Shown here: positions 48,295-58,145 of the stretch, piece by piece
How the letters are laid out: every line of letters starts with the position of its first letter
How positions within the stretch are numbered: position 1 is the stretch's first letter
From: Gloeobacterales cyanobacterium ES-bin-313
Lineage (GTDB): Bacteria; Cyanobacteriota; Cyanobacteriia; Gloeobacterales; Gloeobacteraceae
Direction: 5' to 3'
NCBI GenBank assembly: GCA_014379585.1
Contig: JACMLN010000098.1
Coordinates: forward strand, 1-64,000
DNA length: 64,000 bases
Notes under the pieces: model-generated
What the model was told of the DNA's origin: nothing
Seen by the model: only the letters and a program-made list of their open reading frames with translations
Database searches by the model: none
Position numbers and translations under genes: made by a program

Positions 48295-49659
48295 TTAGGG
48301 TACTGGTCCAGCGAAGTCGATAAAGAAAGGGGTCGGTTGGCTCTGCTTCAGGCAAGCTATTTTAAGACCCTTTGTACTGCCACTGGTCAAAAATTGTTGC
48401 ATCAGAAGCGGAACGCAGCCACGAACGGCAACAATATGCCCCTGACCCAAGGCAGTGACTTGCAAACTATTGGGCAAGGTTCGAGCAGCCAGTTCGGCGT
48501 TGCGCGGCGGTGTAACCGGATCGACTTCTCCTGAGAGCAAGAGCACTGGAGTATTACTGGTTACAGGCTGTTTATAGTCCGCTTTCATCGCCTTGCTTGG
48601 CCAATTGCGGCAGATTGCAGCCAAGGCATTTTGGGACTTCGAAAAAGGAACGTCTTCGGCACAGACAACCGAATAGTACATGCCGTCACTAAATCCTTCG
48701 CCCAACTCGCCGACCGCGAGTTGGGATTGAGCGGCGATCAAGTCGAAGCGTTTACTCTGATAGGTGCGATGGATGATTAAGGGCAGGAGAGCCGCAGTTT
48801 CAGTCGTGTAACTCAGGAGCCGAACGGTACTGGTAAAACTTTCGCGGCTGACATCTATCTGCGTAGTAGCACCTGTGCGTGGATCTGAGATCGGCACAGA
48901 GCGCTTTTGAACAAGGGATTGAGAGAGGGATTGAAACTCCGCTTGGGTATTTGGGAAGGCTCGCTTGCAAGCGGGCTCGCGGGTACAACGCGCCAAGATC
49001 GTGTCCAGGGATGCTTTTGCATCTGCGGGTGCTGTTTCCCCAAGGTTCCAATGGGTCGGCACGACCCCGTCAAGGATCAACGTGCGCGTCGATTTTGGGT
49101 ATTGGCGCAGGTAGACGAGGGCGACGCGACTGCCGTAGGACGCGCCGTAGAGATTGATCTTCGCGTAGCCCAGAGCAATGCGCAGATGATCGAGATCTTC
49201 GACCGCGTTGGGGGTTGTATAGAGGGCTGGATCGACTGCGAGGCTTCGGGCACAGTCGGCAGGTTTGGCCTCTTTTGGACACTGGAGTGGATGGGACTTC
49301 CCTGTGCCGCGCTGATCGACGAGGACAATATCCCGTTCTTGATTGACCCGCGAGAAGGCAGCCAGAATCGGTGGAAAAGCAGTTGTCGCAGCCTGACCTG
49401 GCCCCCCAGCGATCATAAAAAGCGGGTCTGCGGCAGGACGACGACCCGTCGCTTCTAGGACGGCAAAGTGCATAGGAATCTGTTTGCCCTGTCCTGCGTG
49501 GCTATCTTCGTAGACCTGGAAGGTGCCGCATTGGGCGCTCAGAGCCTCTTGCCCAAGGGTGCAGGGTCTGAGGACTGTGGTGCGGCGGTTTGTTGTCAGT
49601 GAGGTTGCGGAACAACTGAGGAGAAGGCATGAAGCGGCCAAAAGAATCGCTAAGCGCAC
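48295..49659 (-). CDS. secreted alpha/beta-hydrolase (S33-like aminopeptidase family)
   Basis: GASYGS nucleophile elbow and signal peptide. Confidence 0.7.
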   Translation of the reverse strand: MRLAILLAASCLLLSCSATSLTTNRRTTVLRPCTLGQEALSAQCGTFQVYEDSHAGQGKQIPMHFAVLEATGRRPAADPLFMIAGGPGQAATTAFPPILAAFSRVNQERDIVLVDQRGTGKSHPLQCPKEAKPADCARSLAVDPALYTTPNAVEDLDHLRIALGYAKINLYGASYGSRVALVYLRQYPKSTRTLILDGVVPTHWNLGETAPADAKASLDTILARCTREPACKRAFPNTQAEFQSLSQSLVQKRSVPISDPRTGATTQIDVSRESFTSTVRLLSYTTETAALLPLIIHRTYQSKRFDLIAAQSQLAVGELGEGFSDGMYYSVVCAEDVPFSKSQNALAAICRNWPSKAMKADYKQPVTSNTPVLLLSGEVDPVTPPRNAELAARTLPNSLQVTALGQGHIVAVRGCVPLLMQQFLTSGSTKGLKIACLKQSQPTPFFIDFAGPVP

Positions 49660-49738
49660 GGATCGCCTCTTTCGGACTGGCTTTAGTGTATCTGTCCAGG
49701 TTGCCCCCTAAAATAGGTATAGTCCCGGAATTTTGGCC

Positions 49739-49879
49739 ATGCGCGGCAATTTTATTTTTTTTGGCGTGATTCTTGTCTTTTTGTTTGCTATTGTCCTGAT
49801 GTCTTCACGCCCGTTTTTGCCAGCAGATCTGAAAGGCCCAGCGCCGGGTTCGGTGGTCACGGCTCCCAAAAAGTCCTAG
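49739..49879 (+). CDS. candidate 46-aa single-TM small protein
   Basis: ATG 49739, TAG 49877-49879; hydrophobic core FIFFGVILVFLFAIVL; not in the >=60-aa ORF track. Confidence 0.25.
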   Translation: MRGNFIFFGVILVFLFAIVLMSSRPFLPADLKGPAPGSVVTAPKKS

Positions 49880-50556
49880 CTCGTTACCCGTGGACGCACA
49901 CTGGGCAACTGCGCGAGTTGGCTCTTTAAAGAAGGCTGCGCACTGCCTGGGCCACGCACAATCTCGACGATCTTGTCTCGCCCCTCTAGGTTTTGAAACG
50001 CTTCGAGGCAGACGCGGGCGACGTCAGCACGGTCTATGCTTCCTTCAAATAGCGTATCGGCTGGACTAATCACCACTTCCGCCCCCCCAGGCCCATCTTT
50101 AAGGCCACCAGGACGAACAATCGTAAACAGGAGCCCACTCCGGATCAGGTGCTCTTCTGCCCGTTTTTTGAAAATCAGCACCCCGCCAAATAAATTCAGG
50201 GGATGCAAAATCCGAGAAACGCACAACGAAGAGACCAAGATAAAGTGCTCGACACCAGCGCTGCGGGCAGCATCGACAAGATTCACTGTGCCCTCGTAGT
50301 CCACTTGTTGGGCACCGTTAGCGCCAAATCCAGTGCGGGTGCCTGTGGCACAGAAGATCGTTTTGACGCCAGCTAGTGTAGGCCCAAGCGTCGCTGGTTG
50401 GAGAACATCTCCCACAAAAAGTTCAACCGAATTGCCTAAAACCTCCCGCGCCTTGGTTGCATCGCGCACAAGCACACGGGGGGGCGTTTCTGGCAGAAGT
50501 TGCTTGACGATCTGTTGCCCAGTCAAGCCTGTTGCACCAACAACTAGTACTGACAT
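49876..50556 (-). CDS. NAD(P)-binding atypical SDR/NmrA-like protein
   Basis: VVGATGLTGQ Rossmann motif. Confidence 0.7.
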   Translation of the reverse strand: MSVLVVGATGLTGQQIVKQLLPETPPRVLVRDATKAREVLGNSVELFVGDVLQPATLGPTLAGVKTIFCATGTRTGFGANGAQQVDYEGTVNLVDAARSAGVEHFILVSSLCVSRILHPLNLFGGVLIFKKRAEEHLIRSGLLFTIVRPGGLKDGPGGAEVVISPADTLFEGSIDRADVARVCLEAFQNLEGRDKIVEIVRGPGSAQPSLKSQLAQLPSVRPRVTS

Positions 50557-50588
50557 CGTTTCCATCCTCAGAGTACGCTCTGTCAACC

Positions 50589-51077
50589 CTAGCCGACACT
50601 TACCCTGATAGCCTCTATCTCGGGAGCATTGATGGCTCGAACAGCGAGGCGATCCGCCAACTCATTGTCAGGATCGCCGTTATGTCCCCGCACCCATTGC
50701 CAGGTGATCTTGTGGGGTTTCGCAGCAACGAGCAGGGCTTTCCAGAGATCTTGGTTGGCGACAGATTGGCCTTGGGCGTTGCGCCAGCCTTTGCGCTGCC
50801 AGCCACCGATCCACTCGGTCATGCCTTTGATCACGTATTGGCTGTCTGAACGCAGGAGGACAACTTGATCTTCAGGAAGGGTGCGTAGAGCTTCGAGGGC
50901 AGCAGTCAGTTCCGCCCGTTGGTTGGTCGCTGGTAGCGCAAGAGGGCCGAAGAGGTGCTCTGTGTAGTCGGTGTAGTGGAGAACAGCCCCCCAACCACCC
51001 CGTGCCCCTGGCTGGCCATTATTCTCCGTTGCCCCATCGCAGGTAATCGTCACTGTATACAAAACTGATCCTCTCAA
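50589..51077 (-). CDS. rnhA: ribonuclease HI
   Basis: TDG ... ELTA ... SDSQYV ... W.GHNGDPDNELAD motifs. Confidence 0.85.
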   Translation of the reverse strand: MRGSVLYTVTITCDGATENNGQPGARGGWGAVLHYTDYTEHLFGPLALPATNQRAELTAALEALRTLPEDQVVLLRSDSQYVIKGMTEWIGGWQRKGWRNAQGQSVANQDLWKALLVAAKPHKITWQWVRGHNGDPDNELADRLAVRAINAPEIEAIRVSVG

Positions 51078-51103
51078 CTGCCAGGACGATTGTACTTGGG
51101 GGG

Positions 51104-51130
51104 AAATTCAAAATTCAAAATTCAAAAAAA
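51104..51130. repeat. three tandem AATTCAA heptamers, an inverted half-copy of the 177-220 palindrome arm
   Basis: GGGGAAATTCAAAATTCAAAATTCAAAA is the reverse complement of TTTTGAATTTTGAATTTCCCC at 205-225. Confidence 0.7.
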
Positions 51131-51138
51131 TGATTGGC

Positions 51139-51564
51139 CTAGCGTGGTGGTGAAGGTGCTTGTGTGGGAAAGCGCTTTTCGCGAAAACGAAAGCGGACTT
51201 GGGAGCGCTGATCGGTACTGAGAATGCTGCGTACCCGCACAAAGTTGTCGAAGCGTAGGCGATCAAGTTGCTGACGAAGGCTGGCAACCCGCTCGTACTG
51301 CTGGCGTAGCTGGTCGTCTGTGGCATCGGATTCAAAGAGAGTACGCAACTGTCTGGTTTCATTTTTGAGATTGTTGCGTACTTCAGCCGCAGCCTGTTGG
51401 TCGTCTCGGCGGATAGTTTGAATGCGGGTGCGTTGCTCAGGGGTGAGACCGATGTTTGTCAAATCCAGGCCAGGTGGTTCTGAGGCTGGGGGAGGCACTT
51501 GGGCAAGTGCTGGGGCGGCAAGGGCAAGCCACAGGCACATAAACAGTTTAGAAACGTACTTCAT
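51139..51564 (-). CDS. periplasmic LTXXQ-motif (Spy/CpxP-like) protein
   Basis: Signal peptide and LTPEQRTRIQTI motif. Confidence 0.55.
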   Translation of the reverse strand: MKYVSKLFMCLWLALAAPALAQVPPPASEPPGLDLTNIGLTPEQRTRIQTIRRDDQQAAAEVRNNLKNETRQLRTLFESDATDDQLRQQYERVASLRQQLDRLRFDNFVRVRSILSTDQRSQVRFRFREKRFPTQAPSPPR

Positions 51565-51859
51565 AGAGGTCCGTTTGCGGATCGACAGCAAATACTTGGG
51601 GGTTGTCGGAGGAGTCTAGAGCCAATTCTACTTTGGTAGTTGAGCCAAACTGTTGCGGATGTAAAAAGCTCAGTCCCCCGAAAAGCACAAGGGCAATACT
51701 GGCAGCGGCCAGCCATTGATTGCGACCACCCTCTAGGGCAAACAGGTGGCGAGGTTTGGGTGCGAGCGCTGCCGCAAGAATGCGATCTTCGAGGCCATCG
51801 TCGCCTGCTGGCGGTTTCGGCGCGTTGCGTTGGAGAAAATCTTTGAGGGGGTCAGTCAT
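51548..51859 (-). CDS. putative anti-sigma factor (single TM)
   Basis: Small protein with a central TM helix, sandwiched after the ECF sigma; ATGA coupling. Confidence 0.45.
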   Translation of the reverse strand: MTDPLKDFLQRNAPKPPAGDDGLEDRILAAALAPKPRHLFALEGGRNQWLAAASIALVLFGGLSFLHPQQFGSTTKVELALDSSDNPQVFAVDPQTDLYEVRF

Positions 51860-52419
51860 AGCTGGATTCCTTGAGCATAAAACCATTCACGCAATTGGCG
51901 GCGGGCATAAAAAAGACGCGACTTTATCGTACCAACGGGAACACTCAGCATCTTGGCGATTTCTTCCTGGGGACGGTCTTGGAGATCGTGGAGGACGATG
52001 ACGATGCGATGCTCTTCTTTGAGAGTTTGGAGGGCGCGGGCGACGAGTTCTTCTCGGTCAAGCTTGCGCAGGGCATCTTCTTGGCCAGAAGCGACCATCA
52101 AGCCGTCGATCTGCACCGATTGCGGGTGGCGCTTGCGCTTGCGTCTGGCATCTTGGCAGCAGTTGACTGCAATGCGAAAAAGCCAAGTCGAAAAGGCAGA
52201 ATCGCCGCGAAATTTAGGCAGTGAACGAAAAACCTTGACAAAGACTTCCTGGGTAAGGTCGTCGAGATGGTCAGGCTCGTTCATCATCTGGTAGAGCAGA
52301 CCCCGGACGCGGCTCGAATAGCGGCGGTAGAGTTGGCGAAACGCTTCGCTGTCGCCCTTGCTTGCTTTGCTTACAAGTTCTTCGTCCGCAATTTGCGTCA
52401 CTGAAACGCCCACACGCAT
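51856..52419 (-). CDS. ECF (sigma-70 family) sigma factor
   Basis: Region 2 (FVKVFRSL ... FSTWLFRIAVN) and region 4 (EEIAKMLSVPVGTIKSRL). Confidence 0.85.
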   Translation of the reverse strand: MRVGVSVTQIADEELVSKASKGDSEAFRQLYRRYSSRVRGLLYQMMNEPDHLDDLTQEVFVKVFRSLPKFRGDSAFSTWLFRIAVNCCQDARRKRKRHPQSVQIDGLMVASGQEDALRKLDREELVARALQTLKEEHRIVIVLHDLQDRPQEEIAKMLSVPVGTIKSRLFYARRQLREWFYAQGIQL

Positions 52420-52502
52420 CGAACCTCCAGCAATACACAGTTATAGACGACACAGTTCGAACGGAGGTTCAAAGTTTGGGTTAAAATCCGTCAGACTCAC
52501 TC

Positions 52503-54236
52503 ATGACCTGGCTTCGCCATTCGGTATCCAACGTGCAGTATTCAACGAATTCCTCAAAACCAGCCCTGAAATCCGTTCCTCTGACTGTAGTAGGGCTGCT
52601 CTTGCTGTGCGTGTTCTTTTTCTTTTGGCGATTGGATGCCTACACCCTGTTTGACCGCACTGAAACGGAAACAGCCGAAGTGGCTCGCCAAATGTGGATC
52701 AGTGGCGACTGGATCACTCCCGTTTTCAATGACATTCGCTACTTCGATAAGCCTGTGCTGCTCTACTGGTTGATGGGACTAGGGTTTCAGCTGTTTGGCA
52801 TCGGTGAGTGGGCGGTGCGCTTGCCTTCGGCTCTGTTTGCGACTGCCTTGATTTTGGCAACTTGGCAGTTCGGGCGCACCCAATTAGGTGCACGGGTTGC
52901 CCTCTTTGCCGCAACGATGCTGATGGCGAACCCTTTTGCCTTCGGGCTTGGCCGGACTGGTGTCACCGATATGGGTCTCGCTTTTTTTATTGCGGCTGGA
53001 CTTTACTGCTGGTATTCGTCCTACGCTTCTGGGCAAAAGCAGGGCTACTTGCTCTGTGCTGCCCTTCTTGGGGGCGGGGTGCTGATCAAAGGCCCTATTG
53101 CCCTTTTGTTGCCTGGCTTAATTGTCGGCATATTTCTGATTTATATAGGTCAACTCAAAGCGGTGGTCACTACCATGCCTTGGGTGCGCGGAATCGGGAT
53201 CATTGCGGCTATCGCCTTGCCCTGGTACGTACTCGTTACCCAGGCAAATGGCTGGATTTTTCTCGATAAATTTTTTATTCATCACAACGTGGATCGCTTT
53301 TTGAATGTGATCGACAATCAACCAGGGCCTTGGTATTACTATCTACTTTTCACCCCAGCTGGATTCTTTCCGTGGATCGTCTTTTTGTTCATTGCTCTCT
53401 TTCGGTGGGGCAAGTGGGAATGGCTTAGTCCCCGTTTTTGGCAGTCGCGCTCCGCAGTGGAGCAGTTGCCACTGTTTATGGGGCTGTGGTTTGTGATTGT
53501 CACGATTTTTTTGAGTACAGCCTCCACCAAATTGCCTCACTACATCATGCCCGCCCTGCCTGCCCTCGCTTTTTTGTGTGCGCAAGCATGGGAAGCAGAA
53601 AGTGAACACAGCAGCAAAAGCACGCGTCTTGGCCTGAGCTTCGTCGCCCTTGCCCTCACGGTGCTGGGCGTCGGGTTCCTTGTCACACTGGGCTTTATTA
53701 ACGATCCGGCTCTACCAGAACTGCGCAGTCGGATTGAGGCCACCGGTTCCCCCTGGATTTTAGCGACGGCTTGCTTTTTGGCAGCCCTCGGAAACTTGCT
53801 CGCCGCCTTTCGCCTCCAGTTGCAGTGGGCATGGGGCTGCTCTTTGGGTGCGTTTTGTGTGATTTTCTTGACTGCAATCAATTTGCTCATGCCCGCTCTT
53901 GAGACCCAAGTCCATGGCCCGCTCCTCGATATGGCGAGCACCTTCCACAAAGAAGTTCGCCCAGGCGATCAGCCAGCTACCCTCGGTGTCTATGCCCCAA
54001 GCCTCAACTTTTACGGCCAAATCAACCACATTCCGGTCTACGAGAAGCGTTCTCAGATCATCAACCAACTCGCCCATCCAGAGCGACTTTTACTCTTGAC
54101 GACCGAATCTCGCCTCGAAAAAAACCAACTCGATCTCAGTGCTTTTCAACCGATCCACACATCCGGCATTTACCGCCTCTATGCACTTCCCCCAGGGGCA
54201 GTCAAAGCCAGTAATAAAAAAGAAAATAACCGCTAA
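52503..54236 (+). CDS. GT39/GT83 (ArnT/PMT-like) membrane glycosyltransferase
   Basis: RTETETAEVARQM and DKPVLLYW motifs; 13 TM helices. Confidence 0.75.
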   Translation: MTWLRHSVSNVQYSTNSSKPALKSVPLTVVGLLLLCVFFFFWRLDAYTLFDRTETETAEVARQMWISGDWITPVFNDIRYFDKPVLLYWLMGLGFQLFGIGEWAVRLPSALFATALILATWQFGRTQLGARVALFAATMLMANPFAFGLGRTGVTDMGLAFFIAAGLYCWYSSYASGQKQGYLLCAALLGGGVLIKGPIALLLPGLIVGIFLIYIGQLKAVVTTMPWVRGIGIIAAIALPWYVLVTQANGWIFLDKFFIHHNVDRFLNVIDNQPGPWYYYLLFTPAGFFPWIVFLFIALFRWGKWEWLSPRFWQSRSAVEQLPLFMGLWFVIVTIFLSTASTKLPHYIMPALPALAFLCAQAWEAESEHSSKSTRLGLSFVALALTVLGVGFLVTLGFINDPALPELRSRIEATGSPWILATACFLAALGNLLAAFRLQLQWAWGCSLGAFCVIFLTAINLLMPALETQVHGPLLDMASTFHKEVRPGDQPATLGVYAPSLNFYGQINHIPVYEKRSQIINQLAHPERLLLLTTESRLEKNQLDLSAFQPIHTSGIYRLYALPPGAVKASNKKENNR

Positions 54237-54238
54237 AT

Positions 54239-55552
54239 GTGCTGTCTTATGGCGACTTGTCAGCTACACTAGCGTCAAACGTTCATACACGCTTTATGAC
54301 AACTTGGTCAGAACTCCCAAAATTGCCACCATCGAGCACACCACGCCCTCAAGAGGTGACCTGGGCAACCGAAGCCCGCTTGCTTCTGGCACTGATCTGC
54401 GGTTGGCTTACTTTCGGCCTTGGAATGCTTTTTTCTGCTTCGCTTGCGGAGGGGATCAAAGAACACGGAAACGCATTTTTCTTTATTATTCGTCAACTCG
54501 GATTTGCTGGGTTAGGGATCGGCCTGATGGTGATGATTTCCAAAACCTCCGTGGATCGCTTGTTTACATATGCACGACTCAGTTTTGTGCCTTTGTTACT
54601 CGCCGTTTTTTTGGTCAGAGTGCCCAATATTGGATCGCAGCTGAATGGTGCGAGTCGCTGGATTCAATTTTATGGAATAAGCATTCAACCGTCAGAACTG
54701 ATTAAGCCTTGTTTGCTCCTGATCGGTGCTTTTCTGTTTGCGCGTTGGCGGTTCTTGAATTTTCAAATGCGCATTTATGGGTTAGCCAGCATCCTTTTGA
54801 CGATCGCCGGAATTGCCATCCAGCCAGATCTGGGCACTTCTGTTTTGCTCTTTCTTGTATTGCTCTTGATGGCGATTATTAGCAGTAATATACGTCTTGC
54901 CTGGATTTTTTCCACAACTCTCGCGGTTGCGGCCCTCGCCGTCTTGAAAATCGGCTCGACCCCTTATCAGAGCAAACGGATCACTGCTTTTACAAATCCT
55001 TGGGAGAATGCCCAGAGCCTCAGTTTTCAACTCATCCAAAGTCAAGTAGCAGTCAGCAACGGTAGCCTTTGGGGAACAGGATTTGGTCTATCGGTACAAA
55101 AAGTTGGCTTCCTGCCCTACTCCTACTCGGACTTCATTTTTGCTGTCATCTCTGAGGAATTTGGTTTAATTGGCAGTGTGATTTTTATTCTGTTTTTGCT
55201 GAGTTTTTTGATCGTTGGTCTACGCGTTGCTGTGCGTTGTGCGGATCCGATCCGCCGCCTGCTCGCTGCTGGAAGCACTTTTTTACTCGTTGGCCAATCG
55301 TTTCTGCATATTGCCGTTGTCATCGGCGCAGTGCCTCCCAAAGGAATCCCTCTGCCCTTAGTCAGTTATGGGGGAAGTGGGTTGATTGCGAGCCTGGTTT
55401 GCTGTGGACTGTTGATTCGTTCTGCTCGGGAGATGTACGCCCCTGTGACACAACTGCGTGTGGCGGAACCGTCAGTGCCCAAATTCCGCCGCCGTCGCCG
55501 TTCCTCGAATCTCAGCAGAAATACGCAAGTAGAACTACGGAAAATTCTGTGA
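54239..55552 (+). CDS. ftsW: SEDS-family peptidoglycan glycosyltransferase FtsW/RodA
   Basis: GIPLPLVSYGGSGLIA C-terminal motif. Confidence 0.8.
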   Translation: MLSYGDLSATLASNVHTRFMTTWSELPKLPPSSTPRPQEVTWATEARLLLALICGWLTFGLGMLFSASLAEGIKEHGNAFFFIIRQLGFAGLGIGLMVMISKTSVDRLFTYARLSFVPLLLAVFLVRVPNIGSQLNGASRWIQFYGISIQPSELIKPCLLLIGAFLFARWRFLNFQMRIYGLASILLTIAGIAIQPDLGTSVLLFLVLLLMAIISSNIRLAWIFSTTLAVAALAVLKIGSTPYQSKRITAFTNPWENAQSLSFQLIQSQVAVSNGSLWGTGFGLSVQKVGFLPYSYSDFIFAVISEEFGLIGSVIFILFLLSFLIVGLRVAVRCADPIRRLLAAGSTFLLVGQSFLHIAVVIGAVPPKGIPLPLVSYGGSGLIASLVCCGLLIRSAREMYAPVTQLRVAEPSVPKFRRRRRSSNLSRNTQVELRKIL

Positions 55553-55612
55553 TCTGTCCCTCTTCTCTGCGTCACCTACTAGCATCGTAGGCAAGAGCGT
55601 TTTCGGGGAAAG

Positions 55613-56041
55613 ATGAGAGCGAAGATCCTGGTGGTGGACGACGATCCAAGTTTGCTGTTGCTGCTCAGTGACCTCTTACAGCTTCAAGGCTACGAGATTG
55701 AGACGGCAGGTAGTGGTTATTTAGCACTCACCATGTTGAAAACAATGATCCCCGATCTATTGATTTCAGATGTCGTCATGCCCGGACTCGATGGTTACGG
55801 TCTTGTCGAACAACTGCGCAATCATCCGCGTTTTGCACAAATGCCAATCCTGTTTGTTTCAGCCCTTTGTTCAGGAACAGATCGTCAAGCAGGGCTAAGT
55901 CAAGGTGCCAATGCCTACCTGTGCAAACCCTTCGAGCCAGAAGTACTGATCAGCACCGCAGAAAAGCTATTGAGTCATATGCCCCGTCCAAAGTTTAGGG
56001 CCATTTCTCCGCAGGAGAGTTTAATTGTTGAGAGCTATTAA
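55613..56041 (+). CDS. single-domain CheY-like response regulator
   Basis: REC domain (LVVDDD ... LISDVVMP ... K). Confidence 0.85.
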   Translation: MRAKILVVDDDPSLLLLLSDLLQLQGYEIETAGSGYLALTMLKTMIPDLLISDVVMPGLDGYGLVEQLRNHPRFAQMPILFVSALCSGTDRQAGLSQGANAYLCKPFEPEVLISTAEKLLSHMPRPKFRAISPQESLIVESY

Positions 56042-56202
56042 CGACATCAAATCATCACAATCAATTTACATAAGCCCTTGACATGTTAAAGAATTGTTTC
56101 AGAATTTTCCTGTAAAATTGCGGATGTATTGGTGCTCAATTAAAAGCTATTTTGTAGATATGTCGGGTGTCTACATTCAATTTTTGATCTGGAGAAATAC
56201 CT

Positions 56203-56766
56203 ATGATGCAGCAACAGCTTGAGAAAGAATTACAGAACACGATTGAAGATTTGTTGCGTTCTTGTATGCAAGGGAAACTGAGCGTTGCCGACTATACCTC
56301 AATGCGGGAGCGCCTCATTGCAGAGCATACCCAACGCATTGCCAATCCCGAGCATGCGCTACCCCTGACAGTACCTTCACTGCCTAAAGCACCTGTTCTC
56401 GTGCGGACACGCAGCTACACGTCTAGACAACCAGAAGCCGTCAAAAAGTTTATTCCCACGCCCTACGTCGAACGAATTCTTGGACTTCACGGAGCAACTC
56501 ATCGCAATCCTTTCGTTGTCGGCGCGACCTGGAATCTCCAGCACCAGCAGATCCTCAAAGACCAAAACCCCCATCTTGCGAGAACTTTACAGGCGCAAGC
56601 CCTCAAGCGCCACGAAGCAGAAACAATGATCGATCTGCCCGAAACCCTACACAATCCCTGGATGTACGGGCCACACTACTCTCTCACCCTTCAAAGCCAG
56701 ATGACTAAGGCCAATCCAGAGCTTGCCCTAAGAATGCAGGCAGAGTGCGCTCATCGCGGTCAGTGA
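56203..56766 (+). CDS. hypothetical protein
   Basis: 187-aa ORF, no motif recognised. Confidence 0.35.
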   Translation: MMQQQLEKELQNTIEDLLRSCMQGKLSVADYTSMRERLIAEHTQRIANPEHALPLTVPSLPKAPVLVRTRSYTSRQPEAVKKFIPTPYVERILGLHGATHRNPFVVGATWNLQHQQILKDQNPHLARTLQAQALKRHEAETMIDLPETLHNPWMYGPHYSLTLQSQMTKANPELALRMQAECAHRGQ

Positions 56767-56992
56767 TAGTAAAGTCTCCTTTCCATGGCAAACCTTTTGC
56801 CTGAGTTCGCAGTTCGCCCTTTAAAAACTGCGAGCGCAACTCAAGAAAAGAATGACATATTCGATTCCTCGCAGGTTCTAAGACGAGAGGAATAAGGCAT
56901 GCTTTGGGATTGTCGGACATCCAAATTCACTTGACCGAGAATTCACGCTGTCCTTGCAATGCTATTGTTAGTTAAAATTGCCCCGCTTTTTG

Positions 56993-57694
56993 ATGTCCAA
57001 AGATGCTATTGGTCTGCTCATCGATCTGGCCCGACAGGGAGAAATTGATCCCTGGGATATCGATGTGGTGCAGTTAACAGACCGCTTCTTGCAATCTTTG
57101 GGCAAACTCGACGCTTCTGATTTGCCACGATCAGGTCAGGCGCTTTTTTATGCGTCGGTACTCGTCTCTATGAAAGCCGAAATTCTGGAGGCAAGGCTGC
57201 AACCCCAGCCGGAGCCGGAGCCAATCGACGAAGACTATTTGGAAACCCAAGCCGTTGCCCGCTTGCCCCTAGAGCGGATGCTGCACCGTCGCCCATCTGC
57301 ACCAGCGATGCAGGATCGGCCATTGACCCTCAATGACTTGATTGCCCACCTGAAAGAAGTCGAGCAGATCGAGCGCCGCCAAGTTCGCGAGCGCCCACCG
57401 GAACGTCGGGTCAGCCTCAAGGGCATTTCGATCAGTACCATGGCCGAAGTGGAAGAACTCGCCCACCACGAAAATCTTGAAGCTGTTGTCACCGAACTGC
57501 GTGCTTTGATTGCCCGTCTTGGCCCCCAAGGCGATGCCATTCCCTTTGCCTATCTGTTAGAACACTACCAAGATCGGGTCGGTGCTTTTTTGGGTTTACT
57601 GTTTCTCGCCCACCGCTCTCAAGTCACCCTTGTCCAAACCGATTTTTACCGTGACATCCTCGTCTATGGAATCCAGTCTGAAGACACGGCTTGA
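56993..57694 (+). CDS. scpA: segregation and condensation protein A
   Basis: GEIDPWDIDV N-terminal motif. Confidence 0.8.
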   Translation: MSKDAIGLLIDLARQGEIDPWDIDVVQLTDRFLQSLGKLDASDLPRSGQALFYASVLVSMKAEILEARLQPQPEPEPIDEDYLETQAVARLPLERMLHRRPSAPAMQDRPLTLNDLIAHLKEVEQIERRQVRERPPERRVSLKGISISTMAEVEELAHHENLEAVVTELRALIARLGPQGDAIPFAYLLEHYQDRVGAFLGLLFLAHRSQVTLVQTDFYRDILVYGIQSEDTA

Positions 57695-58145
57695 AGCCGT
57701 CCTCTACCTCAAGGCTCGACCCCTCAATGTTGAGCAGTTGAGCCGCTACGCGGAGTGCTCAAAAGAAGATTGCCGCGATGCCCTCGTCGAACTGCTCGAT
57801 GACTACGCGATTCGCGATGGTGCCCTAGAGATCGTCGATACGGACGATGGCTATGCGCTGCAACTGAGAGAACCCCTGCAGGATTTGGTGCAAAAACTGA
57901 TACCGACAGATATTGGGGTCGGGGCCTTACGAACCCTTGCTTTGATCGCCCTCAAAGGGCCACTTCCCCAAAGCCAGTTGGTGGAAATGCGCGGTTCCGG
58001 TGTCTACGACCAAGTGCGCGACCTCGTTGGCAAAGGTTTTATTTCTAAAAACAAAGAAGCGGATGGCCGTTCCTACCAGTTGAAAGTGACAGAGAAGTTC
58101 TATCAATACTTTGCCATTGACGATATTCGCTCTCTTGCAGGCTAG
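57666..58145 (+). CDS. scpB: segregation and condensation protein B
   Basis: Tandem winged-helix pattern; start at MESSL overlaps the scpA end by 29 nt. Confidence 0.8.
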   Translation: MESSLKTRLEAVLYLKARPLNVEQLSRYAECSKEDCRDALVELLDDYAIRDGALEIVDTDDGYALQLREPLQDLVQKLIPTDIGVGALRTLALIALKGPLPQSQLVEMRGSGVYDQVRDLVGKGFISKNKEADGRSYQLKVTEKFYQYFAIDDIRSLAG

